This document shows positions 51,015 through 60,000 of a DNA stretch of 60,000 nucleotides, piece after piece; positions within the stretch are counted from its first letter, which is position 1; each line of letters begins with the position of its first letter. The DNA comes from Lytechinus pictus (taxonomy: Eukaryota). Position numbers and translations under genes: made by a program. The stretch covers positions 11,658,001 to 11,718,000 of the forward strand of contig NC_087250.1 in the NCBI RefSeq assembly GCF_037042905.1, written 5' to 3'. The notes under the pieces are model-generated. The model did not search any database. It was not told where the DNA came from and saw nothing but the letters and a program-made list of their open reading frames with translations.

Positions 51015-53279
51015 GTGAGTATACCAATATTAAACTTTTAACATTATGTCATTTTATTTTATTTCCATATCTAAGAAACAAACATAATTCCAGTGACAAA
51101 GCGTATGTTGTAATACTTGTAATAGCGGTTATACAAATGTATACAGTTTTTTTTTTTTTTTTTTTTTTTTTTGGGGGGGGGGGGGTATTTTGGATAAATC
51201 GCACTAGAAAAGTATTATGCCTATTCTTTATTATGATTATTATTTATAGTTTATTACTAAAAGGTGTTACCTCTTAATTTTTCATTTGTATGTCTATTTT
51301 TGGTGGTATAAGGACATCTTGAAGCCCATCCCTTTCCGATGCTCTTTCTGTTTTTTTTTTCGTGTATCCGCCTCTCTCTAGATGTTGACTCGGATGAGTA
51401 AGATTTTTTTTTCAAAGCCCTTCATAACATATTGTACTAATATAGTAACCCGGTTAATAAAATGTATACACGTATAGGGCCTATTCTAAAGTAGCCTTGC
51501 ACTTTCTAAAATCTTGATTTTAGAATTAGGACGAAAGCTTGCTATGTGAGTATAAAAAGTAAACTAACCTTTATATAATATTTTAGAATGACATTTGGAA
51601 AAAACGAAGCAAATTGTAAACTAGAATTAAAATGATGGAAATATCATGAATATGGTCTTTATCTGAGTATATACGGGTAATCATATGGGCATATCATATT
51701 TTTCTTCCTAACCAGCTTACCTTTATCATCATCATCATTTCAAAATTTTGGTTAAAATAGAAAGCAGTGACAATATAAATAGAAATAAAAATGCAAACGC
51801 CATGAACAAGAACAACAAAAATATTAATATAACAACTTTAGCCTGAGGCTTCCTGACAATCTATAATTTTATTAGGTATAGTTTTATAAAAATATTTGAC
51901 CAAAATATTGCATTTTGGGCAACGGAATCAGAAAGCACTTTAACCAATTTAAGACTATGAGTGATGCTATGCAATATGGCTAAAGCATGCTGTGTTAAAT
52001 ATATTTTAATGGCATTATTATTTGTTCGATTTTACATAGCCCCCTTATACCGTGTTCTCAATTAACAGATGTCATCACTTTCGTTTGGTTTGATTGATTG
52101 GTCTTTAGACTGGCTGTAAAAGGCCACTCATTTTAGCGACAGTCTAGGATCGAGCCGCGGGACAATTTTGAAGGGGGGGGGGGGGGGTGGTGGGGGAATT
52201 GCCGGCTAGCCATGTAGAAATCACATCAGATGGCATTTTTAAATGTTTTGTACACGTTTTTTGAAAACAAGTGAGGCCCCGCCCCCGCTTTCGAGTCACC
52301 TGTAGATAGGGTGCATTTTTTCGGGAATATCTAGGAATGAGCGAAGAGGGCGCCAACCGGCAATCGGATGTTCAATTCGATTTCGGGCAAAGGAGCTTCC
52401 ATTATAACTATGATGTTGAAAAAAAAAAATGCAATGATTTTTAAAATCTAAAATAACACATGTGTATTTTCATTTCGGAGGGGGAGGGGGGTGTAGGAAG
52501 CCAAAACTCTCAAGGGAGCGCAATTTGGCACTGGTTACAAATTTATCAAAATTCGCAAACGAGAAAACTTCAAGCCCTTTTTAAAACCTGACAATATGAA
52601 TTCTATGATAGATTTAGAAATGATGTTCAACTGATAACTATAACATTTCAACCCTTTTCCCTTTGTCATGGACCTTTTTTTTTGGGGGGGGGGGGGGGGG
52701 CTGAGAGCCCCAAGCCCCCATCATTCCGCTGGTAACGAAGACTGCAGTTTCAATTTCGAAAGGGAAGTTAAGCTCGTGTTAAGTCTTATATTACTTCCTG
52801 AAGGAGAGAAATTAATGATGGTCATTTACATAGGCTTTTACATGTTGTTTGATTTTCGGGGTTAGAATGGTGAGCTAAGCGGGTGCATATACATTCAACA
52901 ACCCCTCAAACATTTGTTTGAAATTAAAGTTACATGTATGAGTCCTCCTTTCGTCAATGCAATTATTTTTTTCAATTCAAATTAACACTTACTTTCTTTT
53001 GTTTCACAAATTTCTACATTTTTGTAAACATAGATTCGTGCAAGTATCTGTTTGCAGGAAGAATAAAAATATGTACTGTACATAGAATATATACACGTTA
53101 TATTCTTCCCTTCTGAACGGTTTACCACTCTCTTCTTTTACTTAAGATCTCTTACTTACGTTAAACACTTTTATTGTGCATTCCCTTTTTTAAAATTTTT
53201 GTTATTTGTTGGACCTAATTGTGTATTTTCCTTTTGTTCGATCCTACCATTGTACTTACTTCCTTGTTTCCGTTTTATC

Positions 53280-53299
53280 ATTTTTTTTTTTTTTTTCTT

Positions 53300-53330
<31 letters not shown>

Positions 53331-53485
53331 CTTTCTTTCTCTTTCTTTCTTTCTTTCTTTCTCTCTCTCTTTCCCTCATTTTCTTTCTTTCTTTCTTTCT
53401 TTCTCTCTTTCTTTCTTTCTTTCTTTTTTATTTCTTTTGTTTCTTTTTTGTTTGTTTGTTTGTTTCTTTCTTTCATTCTCTCTTC
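53280..53485. repeat. Poly-T/(TTTC)n tract
   Basis: Direct reading. Confidence 0.9.
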
Positions 53486-53769
53486 CTTTCTTATTAACTT
53501 TTATCCTTTTATTTTTTAAATCGTTTGCTGATTCCCTTTCTTGCTATTGTTTTGTTTCACCTCCTTATCATCTACTAGATATCAATAATTTTCCCGTAAT
53601 ACCTTAATACAAATTTCCATTGATTATCATTATTGTTATATCAATTATAATTTTTATTCTTTTCAATATTTTTATCTCTTAATATTATTTATTTCATTTT
53701 TTTATTTATCTTGATATGAAATAACAATCTATTTATATATGCGAAAGATATTGCATGTTTGAATTTGCC

Positions 53770-53948
53770 AGCGCCACAATGAGGCTGCGATGAATGCAAG
53801 GAATGCTCCCCAGGGAGTGGAAATTGTGCACTTTTCGTGCGGGATTTAAATGAATCCAATGACCGGGTTAATAATATGCTGTAACGCGCTTTGAGCCATT
53901 CTGGGAAAAGCGCTTTATAAACAATTGGCTATTATTATTATTATTATA
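53770..53948 (+). mobile_element. 3' part of a SINE with L2/CR1-like tail
   Basis: ccgggttaataata...gcgctttgagcc...aaagcgctttataaa...ggct(att)n resembles the tail of the 15930-16221 SINE. Confidence 0.65.
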
Positions 53949-55353
53949 TTTATGGTTATTAGTATTATCACTTTTTTTGAGGGGGGGGGGGGGGGAGCCG
54001 GTGGCATATAATTAAATTTATCGTAGTCTAACCCCGTCAGGAAAATAAATCGTGGTTGAACCCTGGAAAGACCTTTTAAAACCCTCTTCATGCTCTTGGA
54101 ATAGAAACACATTTCCTTTTTAAAGCAAAATCATTTGAGTACAATCAAGCAAGCATAAATATGTACATTATATCAAGATCCAACTTAAAAAATAATAACG
54201 TTACAACAATTAAAAAATTAGTTTAGAGTCACAAAAGTGACGATAAAGTTGCTATGCACAAATCAAGACGGTTTGCAATTACCTCACCGTGATTCAATCT
54301 GCATCATATTTATCATGTCAGAGCAACAATAAGATTTTTCTTATATACATGTAAATAAAATGCAACATAAATAGTGCTTTCGTTTGACATTCATAGCTTT
54401 TCACTGGATTCACATATTTTGAGAAATCAATCAAAATGTTGAAATTTCATAACCTCTTTGTATCGCTGGTAAATTTTATGATTTTTTCAGTGTTTTTTTG
54501 TCTTTCAATGTGCACTCCATCACCTCTCCTTCTTGTATGATTTCTAGTTATGTCATCTGTTTATACAAATGAGCTCTTGCACGACCTTGCCTTTGTTTGT
54601 TGGACGAAATCGAAATAGATTAAACAATAGTTAGATAAACCGGGAGAAAATAACATAAAGAGTCAATTAGGCTATAAATGATAAAAAGTCATGAGTTCTT
54701 ATTCTATGAAGTCTCCATTCATCTTTAGGTTAGTTTTGTTGATATATTGTATTTTGACTATCATGACTTCCAATTGATCATCATTTATTCCTTGCTGATT
54801 TGACCTAATACATGTCTCTTAAAAATGAAATAATTGTTAAAAACAAAATCATTTGGGGGCTTTCTTGCAAACTTTCCTCAATCGGAGTAATTGATATTAG
54901 ATTATCTTGTTGGAAACTATAAGGATTTTATGGACATTTTGGAGAACACGTTGACATAGGCGCTACCTTCAAATTAAAGCATTAAACAAATGAAACCCAA
55001 CCCACTTGTTTTACTTGTCTTGAATAAGTTGGGGAAGCTATACCAGAAGTTCACGGTCACATTAACAGGAAGTGAAAGTGTATATATGACTAAGCTAAAG
55101 AAACGATTTCGAAATTATTGGTATGTTGCAATACGTTTCCAAAATAATTTCGCCATCTATGATTTATTTATTTCACAGAATCCTTGAGGTTATATTATAT
55201 ATTGCGGACGAACTCTCTCCATGTCATTGTGTTCAATGCTGGGAAGTTACGTACCATCCAGCAACGCCAACCAACCGCAGATAAAGACGTTTCGTCTGTT
55301 ACTGGGACAGGACGAGAGTATGACTTTATACTGCCGCTAGAGCATGATTGTAG

Positions 55354-56461
55354 ATGGGAAACTTGGTAATCATTGGCTTTAGTGCTCTACGAAACACAAT
55401 CAGGATGCCGTTTGGGTGGATACAGAGGTTGCGGGATAGGATTAATCCCCGATCTGGAGAATCGACACCTTCAACGACGCAGGACATCATGGAAGGGGTT
55501 CCTGATAATCTCCAGGAACACTTCAACGTGATCGTCAATGCTGTCAACCACGTTGAGAGCTCTTCGGACATCCTCAGTAGTACCTGTCTGAGTGGCATGG
55601 TCTTGGTCAAAGAGACGTCTGGCAACTCTGCTCTTGATCAGGGCAGGCTCGGTGACCTGATGGCGGACCGAACGAACTTCTCCCGTATGTTTGTATCGTG
55701 CTGGAAAAAGAAGAATCTGTTGCAGATGTTCATCAATGCTTCAGACACTGACACATTGGTCAAGGAGGCGCAGCGGTCATTTGACTTCTACCGGGCTCTG
55801 GCAGGAATCTCCTGGAACTACACCGACGAGTCGGATGCAATTTGCCTGAAGCTCGAGGAAGAAGGTGGACTGGCAGTACTGGTTGACTGGATGCTGTCCT
55901 TTCAGAGCACCGCCTTGAACAAATGGGCCACAGAGATAGTCTTCAACGTGCTAAACATCCTGCACAACTGCTGTAGGAGGATCGACGACATTCGAAGGAG
56001 CTACCGACGGATCGTCCCAGCGTTGGAGAGGCTGTCCACTTCAGAAGACCTGATCGTCCAAGCGTGTGCTTTCATGACTCTCTCCTACATGGTGGACAAA
56101 GAGGAAGCCGATAAGCTCACCACCAATGCTGCCTGCGTGGACAACCTGCTGACCCTTCTCAAGAAGTCTCTGGAGAACGTCGAGCACAAGATCCGGATCA
56201 CCCGGGAAACTGGTACAGACGCCTTCAGAAGAGGCTTTTCTCTGTCTTCCATCGAGCTCGTTCAGGGTATCGAACAACTTGCCATCAATGACGAGAACAA
56301 ACGCCTTATCGCCGAGACGGATGGCATCGCAATCCTATCTAGGATGCTGGAAATGGATTGTACATCTCAAGAGAAAAGACATGCAGCAGAAGGTATCTGG
56401 CAGCTTGCATTTAGGCAGGAGAACAAGGATAAACTACGAGAAGAGCACGACGTACTCAAAG
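55354..56461 (+). CDS. ARM-repeat/TIR-domain protein, first coding exon (Armadillo-like repeats)
   Basis: 369-codon complex ORF with raised GC. ARM-like motifs: EEGGLAVLVDW, VLNILHNC, GIEQLAINDENKRLIAETDGIAILSRML, AAEGIWQLAF. Donor G|gtaagg at 56461/2; probable acceptor ttcacag| at 55178; in-frame TAG just before the ATG. Confidence 0.9.
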
Positions 56462-57279
56462 GTAAGGTTGAACATACAGAATCAATACAAACCTGGTTTT
56501 GGGTCTGACGAATTAATCTCACGAGAAAATACACCAATGAATTCTGCAAAGCCTCAATAATATTTTATTTTAATAAGCACTTATCGACGTGTAGAGAAAA
56601 AAGAAGACGTCAAAGACCAAGGAGAGAAGAAAAAATTGATGATGAAGAATCCGAAGAATGATGCTTTATGCATGAATGTATCATGGTTGCTATCTAGTTA
56701 ACGAATTATTTTGGGGTTAGATGAAGATTCTGATGGTATTTAAGACTTTATTAAACTATAGCCTTAGGTATCGCCATCTGCAAACTAAAATTGATAGTCA
56801 ATCATTGTTATTACCATGCCTTCTTATGATTACGGTTAAAGAAGAATGGAGTATCTTAAAATCGCAATCAGATATGCATCTTTGAGAAAGAACGGCATGC
56901 AATTGTATTTTCTCATCATAAACTGTTCAACTTGAGCAAACCATAAGCCTGAAAAGATTTCTTTTCCTGGATCACTTTTCACGTGAAACTATGAGACGTA
57001 TTTTGTTACAGTATGAAAGTTGGTTTAATTAGATTGATGATAAAACTCGGAAATTTAATACTGGAGATTACATAGAGTAGACGACCTGCGTCATCAGTTG
57101 ATTCATTTGTAAACACCTGCGATGCCTTGAAAATAAACAACAAAAAACCCAAACACACACTCACATAAATACCCCACTTCTGTTCGGCATATGACATTGA
57201 TTCCCTGATTATTGGCATAAGCGGAATTATAAGGTCAGACGGGAGTATACTGTTTTTTACGTTTATTCTATCATTTTAG

Positions 57280-57552
57280 AACTAATAGCCCTGTCATGTG
57301 GACCCGACCCTGCCCTCAATCGAGCTTGCAAGGGAGCGCTATTCGAAATCTACAGCTCCAAACTTCCCGAAGAGGTGACCACACCAAAGACAAGTACAGC
57401 CTCACAGACGCCCTCTACGACGACTGAAAAACCATCGCAGCATATCATGATAAGCTACAGATGGGAACAGCCTTCAAAGTCTGTCATGAGCGAGATCAAG
57501 AACCAGCTGAAAAGCAAGGGTTATAATGTATGGATGGATGAAGATAAAATGA
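57280..57552 (+). CDS. ARM-TIR protein exon: last ARM helix, S/T-rich linker, start of TIR
   Basis: ttttag|..|gtaagt, phase 1/1, in frame: ELIALSCGPDPALNRACKGALFEI...HIMISYRWEQPSKSVMSEIKNQLKSKGYNVWMDEDKM. Confidence 0.9.
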
Positions 57553-58441
57553 GTAAGTATACCCCCACCCCTAGAATCTTGAACCTTAAACAAGTATTCT
57601 TTCCAAAAGTGTAGCCGCTGTCCTGGACCCCATAACACAAAAGTTAGCGAGGAACGCTTAATAAAATGGCCTATCAAGATCATCCTTGGTTGCGCATTTT
57701 GCTCAGTAGACTGATTAGTAACCAATCAGAATGGATAATTCAAATTATCGATTAATAGCTTATCTTGTGTTAAGTAGACCAAGAGAAGACTTAACTATTT
57801 CGCGTGCAGCCGGGGCTTCATGTAATATGGGGATCATGTGGTCGTATTCTTCTGTGCACTGTATACATTGTGCTTAGTGCTAAGCTTGACAGATGAAAAA
57901 CAAAACCAACAGAGATCAAATCCACTTATGCAAAATAATGATATAATTGCAAACCAGAGTGCATAACTTGACTATAATTATGTCTATGTATTAGGAATTA
58001 TGTATATACCACGTTTATTTACTGTTTGTCTGAAAAATTGTAAATGTTTATACAGTGTAATTATGCTGTTTGAAAAAAAGAACCATGTGGAAGGGTGAAA
58101 AATGAAAAAAAGGAGTGCATAATGGTGGAATTAATATTTCAAACCATGATGGACAGAATTCTGTGACAGAAACTTAACATTTGCCTTTAATAAATTCTCA
58201 TATTATTTTGAAATTCCAGGTGTACCAATTGAAAAACAAATGATGATGGTTATTCATCCAATGCGAAGGCTGAACATGTCACGTGATGACATTATTCAAT
58301 ATATTTAATGCCTGCCGTAAAGGGTAGATCGATTATATAATCCCAACAAACCACAAAGACACAATCACGCTAGAGAACATCAATACTAATAAAAAGGCGT
58401 AAAAATTAGATATCTTTGATATCGGCAATTTCTACTCCTTA

Positions 58442-58603
58442 TACCTTGGTCACATTTGATCTACGGCGGCCGTACGGCGAGTAGATAACAGCCGTTTTAT
58501 TCATTTTTATTCAAACCACCTATATGTAGCTGGTACAAAAAATGTTAAAACGGCTGTTTTCGACTCGCCGTACGGCCGCCGTAGAGCAAATGTGACCAAG
58601 CTA
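58442..58603. mobile_element. Intronic PIF/Harbinger-type MITE
   Basis: tta|taccttggtcacatttgatctacggcggccgtacggcgagt ... actcgccgtacggccgccgtagagcaaatgtgaccaagcta|tta. Confidence 0.9.
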
Positions 58604-58726
58604 TTACCGACCATGGCCATTCATATTGCAATGGATTTTTCAAAGTATTCTTACTGTTTGAGATTTTGTCTGATTTTAATATAAGATAATTAAAAGTGTG
58701 TATATATATTTCTTACAATACTTCAG

Positions 58727-58828
58727 GTGGAGATATAATTGAGAAGATGGCAAATGCCGTTGAGAACTCCTACCTAATCCTTGCTTGCATCACCGAGGGC
58801 TACCAAGAAAGCAAAAACTGCAGAACAG
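58727..58828 (+). CDS. ARM-TIR protein exon: central TIR domain (gene continues beyond the window)
   Basis: cttcag|..|gttcgt, phase 1/1: SGDIIEKMANAVENSYLILACITEGYQESKNCRT(G..); missed by the ORF track. Confidence 0.9.
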
Positions 58829-59657
58829 GTTCGTATCGACGGTCATTTTCATGCTGCTGATTGCAAATCTTTGAGAACCCAGCGACGGATCCAGGATTTT
58901 CCGAAGAGGGGGGGAGGGGGGGGGGGGTACATTTTCCCTAGGAAAAATTTGACAAGCAAAAAAAAGAGTTTTCACTTTCAAAAGAGAAGGGGGGGGGGCA
59001 CACTTCTGTTTAACGTTTTTACATTTTTTAACATTTTTACATTAAGAATAATTAATTGTGCCTCTCATGGGGGGGGGGGGGGGGGGGCACTGGCTGGCTG
59101 CCCCCCCCCCCCTGGTCTGCCAGTGTTTGAACCTACTTTCAATGAAACATATGAAATAATTTTTATCCCTGAATTATTAGGGCTATAAGGAGTAAAATAA
59201 TAATTTTCTCATTAGAGTTCAGACTTAAAGCAGATACGAACCAATAGCGCCATCTTGAGTCCTCAACTACTCATAACTGGTCAGTTTCCTGACCCATAAT
59301 GCTTGTGTAGTCTTGTAATGTAGACCCACGTGAAGGATAACAAGCTAATTAGATAATCAATTCATTTATACCGCAATAATTATGTCACCAAGTAGTAAAA
59401 ATATTACTTTTCCTCTCAAAACATTTTAGTTTCTCTATACAAATACAATTATACATGAAGGTAAATTCATCCTCTGTAGTATTAGTAGATATTTTTTAAG
59501 ACTATAATATACAGTCAATGTGAGACCACACAAAGTTCACTCTCCCTTTAAAAGAAGTAGAATAAAAATCGTTTAGGAATTGACAACTTCGTGAATAAAA
59601 GTGCCTTTGTGCAATCTTTTGAAGGCATTGAGCGGCATTCTGAAAGAATGAGATCTG

Positions 59658-59928
59658 GGCCCCGTCTTACAAAGAGTTGTGATTGATCCGATCAATCAGA
59701 ACTATGGACGGCCAGCAACGTCAACATCTATTATGCATGTTTGCTCAAAATATTTCCTAACTATGATGTATATTCATGCATTCGTTGTTTTCATGAAAAT
59801 TCACTGCGCTTCTCTTTGTTTACAAAGGACATTGTGCAAATTTCCTGTAGAAATTTTTTTTGACACTGATGGATTTCCATAGAGTTACGATTGATTTGAT
59901 CAATCGTAACTCTTTGTAAGACGGGGCC
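59658..59928. mobile_element. Intronic PIF/Harbinger-type MITE
   Basis: ctg|ggccccgtcttacaaagagtt ... aactctttgtaagacggggcc|ctg (CTG target duplication). Confidence 0.9.
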
Positions 59929-60000
59929 CTGATGTTTACTGTGCTAAGACCGAATTTTATTCCAGGTTAGGAATATGAAGAACGTACATACTTTGGGGCA

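Noticed and set aside
54225..54245. miR-153-like string gtcacaaaagtga
   Set aside because: The seed is absent and there is no precursor hairpin
56462..56508. C-terminal end of the 384-aa ORF (KVEHTESIQTWFWV)
   Set aside because: Read-through into the intron past a strong donor; splicing to 57280 continues the protein
55354..58828. Naming the gene SARM1
   Set aside because: No SAM domains between ARM and TIR, and the sequence was not recognised as an orthologue
59200..60000. Next TIR exon
   Set aside because: Candidate acceptors (~59215, 59965, 59970) give early stops and no TIR-like continuation; the exon probably lies beyond the window

Overview
This is AT-rich eukaryotic genomic DNA. The long poly-G runs, trinucleotide microsatellites and dense MITE/SINE content suggest a marine invertebrate, probably a sea urchin (inference). 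The first ~50 kb has no credible protein-coding gene; nearly all ORF-track entries there are microsatellite or repeat translations. It holds many non-autonomous DNA transposons, tRNA-derived SINEs, a decayed LINE reverse-transcriptase fragment and several unique islands that look cis-regulatory. One real spliced gene lies on the + strand from ~55.2 kb and runs off the right end. It encodes an Armadillo-repeat + TIR (TIR_2-type) protein; three coding exons were reconstructed (55354-56461, 57280-57552, 58727-58828). The most unusual observations are: (1) a multi-copy SINE with an apparent 7SL/Alu-domain head, a B-box, a Deu/Nin-like body and a (CA)n tail; (2) tRNA-like cloverleaf modules enclosed by inverted repeats, with odd anticodons (ACC, TCA); (3) a 5.1-kb inverted duplication whose left arm carries two nested transposons; (4) the ARM-TIR gene, with its putative NADase glutamate codon split by an intron. 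All of this was read by eye. No database searches were run, so family assignments and novelty are unverified.
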